64,000 nucleotides of DNA from Octopus bimaculoides. Lineage: Eukaryota. A program made the position numbers and the translations under genes. Below, piece after piece: positions 26,407-40,100 of this stretch. Below the pieces are notes generated by a model. The model worked only from the letters and a program-made list of their open reading frames with translations, searched no databases and was not told the origin of the DNA. The DNA lies in the NCBI RefSeq assembly GCF_001194135.2, contig NC_068982.1, positions 150,826,442 to 150,890,441 on the forward strand, in the 5' to 3' direction. Position 1 is the first letter of the stretch; each line of letters opens with the position of its first letter.

Positions 26407-29400
26407 GTAGCAGACTGAGTCTAAAAATATTGGTTGCCAGGAGACTAAGGGAGCCCACCCATAACTACAATGCTATCATTTAATTATTCTTTTGTTAAAA
26501 GTATTCTTCTCAACTGTCTTCAAACAGCCAGACAGAAATAATTAATGCATTCTTCCAGGAATTAATAAAAAATTCTCCAACTGGGCCCCTTAGATATTAA
26601 CTGGGCCCCTTAGATATTAACACGGGCTCCCATATATGGATGCTAATGGCACAGGGGCCCACTTGCCGTCGGGCAAGCTGGCAACTTGGCCTGTCTGCCA
26701 CTGTGTATATATAAATTGTCAGTGGATCACATATCCGAAAAAGAAGCACACATTAAAAGTTAGAGCAGTAATGTATTTACACGAAGTTAAATTTATGTCC
26801 AGCCATGACCAATGGTTTCACATCCATAAAGTGCTTAGCTTTATAGATGACTTGTCAGGCTCCACTGGCTGCAGGCATATCTCATAATCTCCATATGTCC
26901 ACGGTCATTGGAGTCTGATGAATTGTTTATATATTGCCTATATATTGGAGCCTGGTGTGGCTTCCTGGCTTGCCAGTCTCCAGTCAAACCGTCCAACCCA
27001 TGTCAGCATGGAAAACAGACATTAAACGATGATGATGATGATGCGTGGAGGTGTAGTTGTGTGATAAGAAGTTTGCTTCCCAACCACATGGTTCCAGGTT
27101 CAGCCCCATTGCATAGTATCTTGAGCAAGTGTTTTTTACTATGGCACCAAGTCAACCAAAGCCTTGTGAGTAGATTTGGTATGTGTGTGTGTGTGTGTGT
27201 ATGTTTGTGTCGCCTTGTTTTGACATTGCATGATAGTTGTAAAATGGTTGTCACTGTCATAAAAGCAGTATCATTCGTTTCCAATATTCTGCAAAAACAT
27301 GTTTGGCCATAGGAAGTGTTATTTTGTATGGAAACAGGTGAGTATTGGTGACAGGAAGGACATCCAACCATAGAAAATCCTCCTCAATAATCTCCATCCA
27401 ATCCAGAAAAGCACAGAGAAGTGGGTATTAAAATGGCGGTGATATATGCAAACCAATACATTGAAATTTATAAGTGAAATTTTATCATTGAAGTGTTAAT
27501 GCTAAACAGAAAAAACTTACTTGACAAGCTATGAGTTCTGGTGCAGTTTTACCAATGACAGAAGGAATGTGTTCAGCTTTTAACAACAAAGGAAGGGATG
27601 AACAGGGATCACAGGTTTTGGAGAAGCTAATTTGTTCTTTCACCTGAAGAAATAAATATGATAAATAATGAGAATGAATGTCATTAATTTACTGAGATCA
27701 TATTACTAACAGTCTTATGATAAAACTTTAATCTTTAGTTAACTTTAATGTCTAAAAGGTTTTAAACAATTTCATCTCGAGATTTATCTCACCCTACAAT
27801 TTTTCTTTTTCACTGTTTATCATATAGTGAGAACCTGGCTGAGGTTCAAGCCAAAATTCTCAGATTTCCCGTGTCTAAAATCATGATCTAATATATTTCC
27901 CACGTAAAAGCACCCACTACACTCTCTGAGTGGTTGGCGTTAGGAAGGGCATCCAGCTGTAGAAACTCTGCCAAATCAGATTGGAGCCTGGTGTAGCCAT
28001 CTGGTTTCACCAGTCCTCAGTCAAATCGTCCAACCCATGCTAGCATGGAAAGCGGACGTTAAACGACGACGACGACGACGACAAAAAGGTATTAATGCCT
28101 GTATGAATATGATTTGACCAATTGACATTAGCTGAGGCACTAAGGCAGAACTGCATAGAAAGCATGCAAGATTTCATATAAAACAAATTCAAGAATCTCC
28201 TGAGTGAACAGTTATTTAAAGGTGAGTTATTTCAACTTAAATTTGCACAAGTCGGTCGGTTTTCTTGTGTGGTAGTCTCTCATCTTGCTTATCTTTCTCT
28301 CCTATTCACAGGCTTTAAGTAGTAGTGTCAATCAAAGAATGCTCATTATATGCTATGATTCATATGCCCTGTACTATTTACACAATATTTATTAAATGCA
28401 TGTAAGTAAATACAGTGCCGTGGTAAGTAAAATATGTGGCATTTCAAATGAATCTTAGTGTGGTTATTGTCAACACATGCAATCTAACAGCCTACCTGAC
28501 ATGAGAATACCTAGAAAAAAAGATAAGACTAACATCCACACTAAAATCCCTTCCCTCAATACACAAAAATCTGTACATTCCCAGTAGACTACTGCCAAGA
28601 ACCAAAATATTAGACATAAATTACATTGGAGGAGTTATTAATATGAGCAAGCACAAATGAAATACTATGAATCGATGAAATGATTTAATGTAAGAAGTCA
28701 ATGAATTTTGTTGTTAAGGAAAAATATTTTTGCGTTGAAGGTGAACCAATAATAAAACTATAGATGTATTTAAACAGAAACAAAATATGTTTGGAGAACT
28801 ACAAGGGTTGGTTGAAAAGTTCATAGGCTGACCAAGATACTCTCATGGAATATGACTAACTGAGGTTTATTTTTCAACATAATCTCCCATGTGGTCCACA
28901 TACTTCGTTTATTGGTGTTGTTGTGCTTAGAAGAGACTTTCATCCTATTGGTCAAAAAATCATCAACAGCAGATATGACATCCTCATCACTGCAATGCTG
29001 ATTCTCAACCAAGTACTTTTTCATGTTGGGGAACAGTTGATAGTCAGATGGAGCCAAATCAAGAGAATAGGGAGGGTGATCAACCAGTTCAAAGACACAG
29101 TTATGCACAGCAGCTATTGAAACCAAGGATTTGTGTGTTGGAGCATTGTTCAGATGAAACAAGAACTCTTTTTGTCAGTTTTCCTGGGTGTTTGGTCTTG
29201 ATAGTCTTTTGTAACTGCCTCAGCAAATTGGCATAGTACTCTCCATTGATGGTGTAGCCCTTTGAAGATAGTCAATAAACACAAAGCCTTCTGCATCCCA
29301 GAAAACTGATGCCATTACATTCCCTGTAGATGAAATGACCTTGACCTTATTTGGAACATGTGAGGAGGGGATCTTTCCACTGCATGAATAACCTCTTTGT

Positions 29401-32400
29401 CTCTGGCTCAAAGTGATGAACCCAACACTTATCCTGGTTTAAGAAACTCTCCAGGAAACCACCTGAATCTGCCACAAACAACACCAGATTTTCCCATGAT
29501 GTTGTCAGCCTGGTGCACTTTTGATCAGGTGTCAGAAAACATGAACCCACAGAACAGAAGCCTTCATCATTGTGCACAATATTCTCAACTCTCTCACAAT
29601 ATATTCTAATAGCAATGACTATTAGTGTTGCCTGTCATCTATCACCATGTGGTGAACACAATCGATGTTTTCTTCAGTGGTGGCAGTTGCTGCATGTCCA
29701 GATGTTGAGTCATCTTTAAGATTCTCCCTTCCCCTCCTAAACTCAGCTGCCTACTTTTGCACTGTTGATAAAGCTGGAACATCATCTGCTAATGTAGCAA
29801 GCATGTCAGCATAAATGTCCTTGGGGGCAAAAACCCTTCTTCTGCAGGTACTTGATAACACCTGATGTCAAATTTTGTCCATTTTCAAGAGAAGTTACTA
29901 GTAGTTACTTTTGAAGTCTTCTCTGAATGGTCAGATGTCAGTTTACCTGGGACCCCCCCCCCCCAAAAAAAAAAAACAATGCAGTTATTAATAAGAAGTG
30001 TTGAAATTAATGCATGCAAAATTTCACAACTATAGCATTACTCCTCCATAGTCAGCCTATGAACTTTTCAGCCCACCCTTATATAGGAAACAAAAGACTT
30101 ACCCTTTCTGTACAAAGTTGAAGTATTTTAGGGGTGTGTTGGAAGTGTATGATGTATTACAGGGAAGTGGATGAAAAGGATTGGCTACTATCACACAAAA
30201 ACAATTAGTTTATCAGTCAAGTAGGCTAATGATAATTTAAACAATGAAAGGCAGGTGTTTTTTTTTTCTCAGATGTATTACAAGAATAATAAAATGAACA
30301 CTGAAGTCTATAGAGAAGGGGATTCCTCAAGCTCTCACTAATCTAATACACTTTGTCGAGAAGACTGTTTGAAAATGAAATAATACATTTGTTTCTGGTA
30401 TAGAGTGCCAAAGTCAATGTGAGTTAGAAAGCAGATCAAGATCCATCAAAAAAACCTCAATGAAGTTACTTGATTTAACTGCTATTTTGCACAGTTTGAG
30501 GACCACATGGACTCATATATGTATGTAGTTGACTGAGAAATCATTGAAAGGTCTCATATTTGGTACATGTGTATGATAGATTTAAGATTTTGCTGTTGTG
30601 TAATCCCACTTCAATGTATCACAGGTCTACTCTGATCAAGCAGACATGATTATTGATAAATGACTAGGAACAATACACAAATCCAGAGTTCTGTCTAGTT
30701 TAGAACTATATTCCATCTGCAGGTGTGTAGTCATTAAGAAAAATAAGTACTGGGGTCAATTCATTTGATTAATTCAAGGTGGAGTGTGGTGTCCCAGCAT
30801 GGCCACAGTCTAATGACTGAAACAAGTAAAAGATAAAAGTTATATATATATATTGTTATATCTGGGGAGAGTCATTCTGCTTTAATACCTTATTAATTAA
30901 CACACTCACTGGTTCAATTTCCACTCATTTACTTTATTTTTTTCTAAAATATATATATATAAAATCATCATCATCATCATTTAATGTCTATTTTCCATGC
31001 TGGCATAGGTTCCAGTCTGATTTGCCAAGGTTTCTATGGCTGGACGTCCTTCCTAATGCCAACCACTTTACAGTGTGTGCTGGGTGCTTTTAACGTGTCA
31101 CTGCATGAGCACTTTTATGTGGCACCAGCACAAGTGCTTTTTACATGACACTGGCACTGGACTCTTGCAGGCTAGTCCTCTGCACCAGGTGGAGTGGCTT
31201 AACACTTCTGCTTTGAAGTTTCAAGTCTTCTTGAGTGCAGCAAGGCACCAGGTATCTTGGTCCTATACACAAACTAAATGTGAGAATATCATCATCATTA
31301 TTTAACAGCCACACACATACATGCACACACGCACACACACTATCTAATACTTGGCCACTAAGCATATTACTGGTACTATTTTCTTCCAAATGGAAGAAAT
31401 TAAAGTTTTCAGTTCAGAAAATTTCAGTTTTTTATTCATAAACAACCAATTTGTGAGTGAATTATATGGTGTAAACCACTGAATACCACTCTACAGATTT
31501 TATACTTTTATTAATATAGTTATGGAAGGGCAAATAAATTGCAGTAGAAGTGTATATATATATTGCAGTACAAGTATGTGCATATATTGTGGCCGACAGA
31601 TGTGTATATTGTAACAGAAATGTGTATAGATATTGTATCTGTGATGAGTGCACACATTGTAACATAGGGTGGATTTTATGCTAGAGATATATGCTATATA
31701 TATATATATAGTAACAGTAGTGAATGAGTAATAAAGCAGAGGCATATATATACATTGTTGCAGAGATGTGTATATCATCATCATCTATATATTGAGAATA
31801 AATCAGTTGTGACAAATTCTATGTTCACAAAGGTTCATGTTGAAAGTAAAAAAAACAGTTGCTCTATAAAAGTATTTCTGCTGAAAACAATAGAATTGAA
31901 TTATATAACAAAGTAGTAAATTGGTAAGTGTAAAGTGGTTCAAGGGAATTTACACAGATACTGAAGTGGAATAACAATGATTCCTTAAATTGGCATAAGT
32001 ATTATATTTTCAAAGTGTTTACCTTGATTAATTAACAATTAAAGTCTGTTATCTAGTCTATCTGATGATAAGTACTGAACACAATAATGGACTAATTACA
32101 CCTTGACAGCATTATTGCTGCTTTATTAGAAATGGGCTTTATCAGTTTAATTGATTGGTTGGGTGATTAAAAAACAGACTTGATTAGGCCATTTAATGGT
32201 AGAGTAGTGTGTCAGCATAGTGGTTTTAATGCTGGTCATGTTGGTAATGGTGGGGGAAATACTAACATAAATGATGATGATGATGAATTTGTTTTTAATA
32301 GGTTCTACTATGAAAACTACTTCCCTGTGGATATAGTTTAAAAAAATAAACTGCAATAGCCACCTTCATTTCTATTGTCACTATCACCCCCATTGTTATC

Positions 32401-34142
32401 AACACATGATCACTATCACTAGAAACATGACTGCCACCACTCCAAAACCCTGCCCTCACTCCAAAACCCTGCCCTCACAACCATCACCAAAAACAACAAG
32501 AATTAGGTCAAGTGGACTAATTCTGAAACTTTGCAAGATACTTAGGTGTGTATTTAACTCTGCAAGGAGTGCAATCCAAAATAAGCAAAATTAGCTTTGT
32601 CCAGAAAGAAATGTCAAGATATTTTTCAGTTTCAAGGAATAAAATTACACTATTCTGGACATTTGACAGGGTAACTTAGTAATAGTGAACTCAGTGATGA
32701 GGTTGAGGGGACAAATATTATAGGTTCAAATTTTGCTACAAGGTGGATAATTTGACATTGGTTTCGATGATGAGCATCTATTAGTGTGATCAGCTGGATT
32801 CTTTCTCCATCCATGCTGATAGTCTCACCAAGCACCACAAAAACTGGTTACTCCCACAGAAAAGCCATCACCGCTATAGTGTTAGTCCTCCAGTAACCTG
32901 TGACACATCTCACTCTACCATGTGTAGCAGCAAATGCGATGTCACTAAATTAATACTGCAGCCAGCAGACAAAATGGTGACAACTGCCTACCAGCATCCT
33001 GTCTGACCATGTGGGCTTGAGAACAAAGATAGGATCTGATGTCACTTCTGAATTGTGGCCTAACATCTAGAAGCCATCTTGAATTTATCTCATTTCCTCT
33101 GACTTGTTCTCCAAATACTTGATGAGTTACGTTTGTTCTACAAGCCTACAAAACTCTAAATTGCATGGAGCCAAATCAGACTGTTATTAAATAATATATG
33201 TAACTCCTAACAAATATGCCACTTTCTTTCATTTGTCCACTCATTCACTCATCTATATAATAGTGCATATACACTGTATATGTATGTATGCATGCGCGTA
33301 TATCTATATACATATCTTTCTCTCTCTCTTTGATTCTTCAGCCCCTGCTATCACATTAGCTAGTACAATAAACACCTCCGTCTATTTTTAGAAACTTGAC
33401 CATTATATCTTATTCTTCCTTTTTGAGGTTTACTATTCACTTTAGTAACCTCCCACTCCTGTACTATTTTCTGTACCCGTCCCTTCACCTTAGTGCCTTT
33501 CAAACATATCACCCCACCTCCCACATATTCCTTCCTTACATTCTTATCTCATCCTATCCCTCCCCTACTCCTCTCCCATCCTCCTCCTAATATCTTGACC
33601 ACCATCTAACACTCCTTTTTCATTTTCTCTTCCTCTTTCTTTCTTCTTTTCTCACCTATTCCTTTAAACCACTCTCCTCATTTTAACATACATATCTATT
33701 CTCTTCTCTCTATCTACTGAATACTACTACTATGTTCTCAAAATTTCTTTCACACCACAAGACTCTTTTGAATGAACAGCACATGGAATCTATGTCTCCA
33801 CACTTTTCATTTGTAATAACAAAATATGAACTATCAGAATTTACACAAGAAGTATTTCTACCATTTCCACACCCCCACTTTCCTTGGATATTGGAACTGC
33901 AACTATAACTTCCTACATATATTTTTATTTGTACTTTAATTCTTTTATTTCCCTTTATACTTATTTCCATCCTTTTCCAAAATAACTCCTTATATTGAAC
34001 TCTACTATCTCCCTCTATTTAACTTTCACATTGTCTCTGATAAGAGATATCCCTAATATCTCAGAAACAACTGTAAGAGTAACTTTCTCTTTATAAATGT
34101 CCTGAAAATTCCACACAGCCTTGGCTTTGTCTCATTTTATTT

Positions 34143-34186
<44 letters not shown>

Positions 34187-37100
34187 TTACCAAAAGAAAC
34201 TGGAATTTTGCAATATGATTTTCTTCACTTAGTTTTACATGTTTACACCTTTATCACTTTCAAAGTAGTCTCAATTTGAAGCAATGCATCAGTCCAGGTA
34301 TGTTTCCCACTATTTGAAACAGTGCTGGAACTCTTTTGAAGTGATGCCTTTTAATGCCTCTGTTAGTTTTTTCTTCACCTCTCCCACATCTGCAAATTTC
34401 ATAGCACCACCTTTCATCACCAATGATGACCTTCAGAAAAAGGTTTGGATCAACTGCCAATACTTCTTTCAGTTCACAACACGCATTCAGTTGTGACTGC
34501 TTTTGATCTTCTATGAGCAAGGGAGGCACACATTTTGCTGCAACTCCTTTCATTTGCAATTCCTCACTCAAAATTCGTTGGCAGGAGCTCCAGGATACAC
34601 CAGTCATATCAATAAGTTCGTTGATTGTTTAGTGATGAAGTATGTCCAAATCAGGCAGTGATGACGTCATCAACAAAGTGCTAATCTTATTTTTATTTTG
34701 GGATATCAGTGCAGATAAGTAGATTTTTCACTGGAACTTTAGGGTATTACACATTAAATTTAATTTTTATTAATTTCTAGAACTGTCTTTCACAAAATCA
34801 TAAGGACACACACACAGATAATAAGTTGAGCTTACAGGTCAATGATATAATGTAAGTATTGTGTAAAAGAAAACAGGCTTTAAATTACAATACACTTATA
34901 CACACAAACATACAATTTCTATACTATCATTCTCTCACATGACTATTAATTATATCTGAATAGACCTATTTTACATATGTTTTAAATGAAATACTAGTGT
35001 ATTAAATAATAAGCATAGTGACCTAAATCATGGAAAAATATGCCACACATATTATGAAACAAAAAAATGCATCACATTAACCAACACAAAGCTTCTATCT
35101 TACCATCCTCACCACTGTTCAATGCAACAGCCATCTCATTTAACAAATTGTATTCCAACTATCTAAGGCTTAGAACAACACTTTAGGATGGCGCCTGGAA
35201 AAGTTATATTTCTGAAATGACATACCAGTGGTTAGATTTAGAGGCAGCTATGAACCGAAGTCCATGCGATGGTTAGATAATTCATAAGGTGTAATATATG
35301 CTGTCAGTGGCCAATTTTTTGAATGAGACTATGATTCAGTACAAATTTGTTATTTCCAAGACAATATGTATACTATTTCTAATAGATAAACATTTTTATT
35401 TCTTAATATATTATTCGCAATTCAATAACTCACTGTAAAAAGAATGGTGCAATGCCATTCATACCACAACAATCTGGTTAGGATAACATTAATGCATACA
35501 AAACATATATTTCAAATCTCATGTCAGGAGAGAAGGAAGTGCTCATGACCATTTACAGGTCTTCTGAGACTGGTGGGAGAGAAGGGGAAAGGTATCCTTG
35601 AACCAGAGACCTGATCTGAATGTTTGCAACAGAGTGAGCTCTGCTAAATACAGTGTTATGTTTCTATGCTAAGCTTTCATGCTAGCAACCAGGATCTTAG
35701 ACATAGAAATCTTCACTGATAGTCTTCCCTTGGACTCACAATTTCCAAATATGCTTTGGAAATTAGAGTGAAAGAGACCAAGCTGCTCTGGTCTCTTCAT
35801 TTTAGAAAACCTTTACATTAGGCACAAGTGTGGTTGTGTGGTTAAGAATCTTGCTTTCTAACCACATGATTCTGAGTTCAGTCCCACTGCATGGCACCTT
35901 GGACAAGTGTCTTCTATTCCAGCCTCAGACTGACCAAAACATTGTGAGTGGATTTGGTAAATGGAAACTGAAAGAAACCCATTGTACTCAAACACATACA
36001 TACATACATACATACATGCATGCATATATACATACATTCATACATACATACATACATGTGTGTGTATGCCTTTGTGTCTATGTTTGTCTCTCACCATCAC
36101 TTGACAACTGGTGTTTATGTTCCCATAATTTAGCAGTTCAGCAAAATATATCAATAGAATAAGTATATGGGTTAAAAGAAAAATAAGTATTTGGGTTGAT
36201 TCATTTGACTAAAAATTCATTGATGCAGTTTTCTAGCATGGCTGCAGTCAACTGACTGAAACAAGTAAAAGATTATCTGCCACCCTACTTAATTATGAAG
36301 CAAAATCTAAATTGATTTTGATCTCTCAATGCACACCCCAATTTCTTCCTGTAAATTTTGATGAAAACCTTCCTGAGGTATCTGAGTGATACCATAAATA
36401 ACAGCTGATGTCATAAACTATAACTACATGACTAACTGAACTTTAAACTGTTATCTGCTATGCTATTATTATTTATTTTCACTTAGTAGTTGTCTAGACA
36501 AAAGCTGGATGTATAAATGTTTAGTAAGAGGTAAGGAGCAATCCCAGTTACCACATACCATAGAGAGAGGAAACAAAAATGTGGTCAATTGATGTGTCAG
36601 ACATAATAGCCAAATCTACAACTCTTATCAATAAAAAAAGAAAGGATACTTTGAAAAATGTAGATTTAGAAATATATTGAGAAAAGACTAAGTAACCACA
36701 GCTTGAACAGCAATAAAATGTAGATTTGCTGAATCATGCTTGCCTGAGGATAATATAGTTTCTGGTTGAAAATCGTTCTTCATTAAGATATTTTATACCA
36801 CATACTTATCAGACATAACATAAGGTAAACCACGGGTTGGACGATTTGACTGAGGACTGGTGAAACCAGATGGCTACACCAGGCTCCAATCTGATTTGGC
36901 AGAGTTTCTACAGCTGGATGCCCTTCCTAACGCCAACCACTCAGAGAGTGTAGTGGGTGCTTTTACGTGTCACCCGCACGAAGGCCAGTCAGGCGGTACT
37001 GGCAACGGCCATGCTCAAAATGGTGCATTTCATGTGCCACCCGCACAAAAAAGAAAAAAAAAAAAAGGGATTTCATGTGTCACCCGCACATGAGCCAGTC

Positions 37101-40100
37101 CAGGGGAACCAGCAACGATCTTGCTCGAACATCCTACAACGGCCCCGCACAAGAGCCAGTCCAGGGGCACTGGCAATGGTCTCGCTCGAAAAATTTCTTG
37201 TGTCACCCGCACAAGGATATTTATCTCTCATCAGATGCAGTACATTTTTTGTCAATCTTACCTTAATGGAAGAGTACCATAAAAACTCATGTAATTTACG
37301 CACTTTTTCGCAAAAACAAAAATAAACTTTAGTGGGTGCGTAAATTACATGAGTAGATCATTTCCAGAATTTTTTAAGTAATTTTTTTTGTTGAAAAATG
37401 ATGTACAAATGTAAACATTCGTACTGGAAGTTGATTCATTTAATGTCAGAATAGGTTTTTACAGAAAAAATATAATGAAGTTGACTTTTATTTATGCTGG
37501 ACGGTATAATGCTTACTTTTTCTGTATAGATTTACTAAAACCATTAAATGGCTAATTACTTTTTTAAGTTTGACGTTCATGCTGGTAATCACAGTCTGGG
37601 GAATATTTTATTGCATCTAAAGCTGACAACATCATAATTTATCTTTGCGCATGTAAACTCACTAAGTGAATATGACTTAGTGTTCCTACAGAAACTTTCA
37701 TTTACTTTATACAATGTTTAATGTCATTTCACATCCATGTTGAATTATGCAGCAATCTTATATTATCTTCATAGAACAATTGTAATGTATGTATTACCAG
37801 TTCTTTTGATATAGTAGAATTTTGCTATTCTTGTTTGTCTCCTCACAGATGTGTATATTCTAATAAGTCACTTCTTAAATTTCACACTTCTCTTGTTCAA
37901 TAAATACTGAGTTAAACTTGCAAAGCTGTTTATTTTCTCCTTTCGATTTTTAATGTTTATTTTAGTAGGTTACCAAACTATCAGCTAAAACGATAATGAC
38001 AAATTTTAAAGTTTGCTTGATATTTTATAAGTGTGAAAAGGATTAAAATTTCGATACTCTATATCAAAGGTTCCGACAAGAATAGACAGAAAATCAGAGC
38101 TTGAGACAAGAAAACACTTTCGATCAATCAGAATTCTGTTTACATAATCAGTTTGATCGGTCACCTTCCTCTGTCGGTTGAGTAAAGTGTCATTCAAGCT
38201 GATGTTTATTGGTAATCAAACTTAATCTGCAACACCTGTATGTATTTACCAGCTTTCTTTTCTTTTCATGTGATCATGATTTGAGAAGACATACAGAAGT
38301 ATGCTAAAGATTGGACATAATCTCTTGTGGGCAAGAAATGTAAAATAAAGTTTATTATAAACAACATAAATATTTTGTAATTTAATAGCTTTCAGTGTGA
38401 TACCTGTTAAACAGAAATTATTTTTATTTAATGAAAATTTAATAAAATCTAATCATAAGTAAGTGAAATTATGCTAAATACAACTAAATTGAAAACCTGT
38501 TCCCCCTGACCATATTGGCAATTCTGAAACGTTTGGATGCAAATTTTACATGAGTAGAAGCTTTTTTTAACAATTTTTATCCTAAAAATCACCTGCGTAA
38601 ATTACACAGGTGCGCAAATTACATGGCTTTTTACAGTAAACTATATATCATCATCATCATCATTTAACGTCTGTTTTCCATACTGGTATGAGTAGGATGG
38701 TCTGACAGGAGTTGGTAGGGCTGGGAGCTGCACCAGGGTCCTTTCTCTCTTCTGGCATGGTTTTTATGGCTGGATGCCCTTCTTAATGCCAACCACTTTA
38801 CAAAAGTGCACTGGGTGCTTTTTACTTGGCACCAGTACCAATATTTTTACATGGTATAGGTATAGGAGTTCTTTCACATTATGGGTGTTTTTATGTGGTG
38901 CCAGCATGGATGCTTTTTATATAGTGCTGGCATAAGTGCTTTTTATGGAATGGGTGCTTTTTACGTGGTGCCAGCACAGGTGCTCTTAACTTAGGGTTGG
39001 CATCAGTACCTGCGGGGTGACAAGGATGTCTCAGCTGAGAGAGGGAGAGCAACTGAGAGAAGTGGCCATGTGCCAGGTAAGAGGTTGGAGTATGACAGAG
39101 GGTCAAGGATAGCTGTCTTACTACAGAGGAGATACTTGGTTACCCCAGCAGGACAAAGAAGCAGAGGGAGATGGTAAAGAGTTAGAGGGAAAGACAGTGA
39201 CAGTCAGAGTGAGGAAGAGAGGGCCTACCCACAGGGAACAGTGGGGGAAGTATAAATAGTACAGAGGAGATATCATCATCATCATCTATTGTCTGTTGTC
39301 CATGCTGGCATGGGTTGGACGGTTTGACCAGGGCTGGTAAGCTGAGGGGCTGCACCACACTCCAGTCTGATTTGGCATGGTTTCTATGGCTGGATACCCT
39401 TCCTAATCTAACCACTCCAAGAATGTAATGGGTGCTTTTATATGCCACCAGCACAAGTGCCAGTTGCATGACACCGGTATCTGCCATGATTATGATTTCA
39501 CTTGGCTTGATGGGTCTTCTACTCAAGCACAGCAAATTGCTAAAGGTCTCAGTCATTTTTCATTGCCTCTGTGCGGCCCAACACTCAAAAGGTGCCTTTT
39601 ATGTCTCCTTTACATGACACTGGCATCGGCCACAACTACGATTTCACTTGTCTTCCCAAGTCTTCTGAAGTATGGTATATTGTCAAAAGTCTTGGTCACT
39701 AGTCAGTGCCTCTGTGAGGCCCAATGTTTGAAGATCATGCTTCACCACTTTGGCCCATGTCTTCCTGAGTCTACCTCTTCCACAGGTTCCCTCTACAGTT
39801 AGAGATTAGCACTTCTTTGTCAAAACAAGACGTTGTCTACCATATCCCTTATTTAATACACAGCATTCAATAATACATACCTTGTCAAATTGTTTATGGA
39901 CTGACTTCAAGTATTTCTGTAAAACCATTTTGTCTCTAAAACAAGGAAATATAAAAACGCTCATATTAAACATGGAATCTACTAAAAATATATAAAAAGA
40001 GCTATATAATCAACTAGATGTGAAGTATATATCACTTACATATTTATTAAACTTAAACTCATGTATATATATATATATATATATATTTGTGGTGAAACAC

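Noticed and set aside
32400-33100. Possible coding or LINE relic
   Set aside because: Short ORFs only, with no motif or splice pattern I could support.
38006-38197. 63-aa minus-strand ORF as a host exon
   Set aside because: Lies inside the pogo-like element; the second copy has a deletion there.
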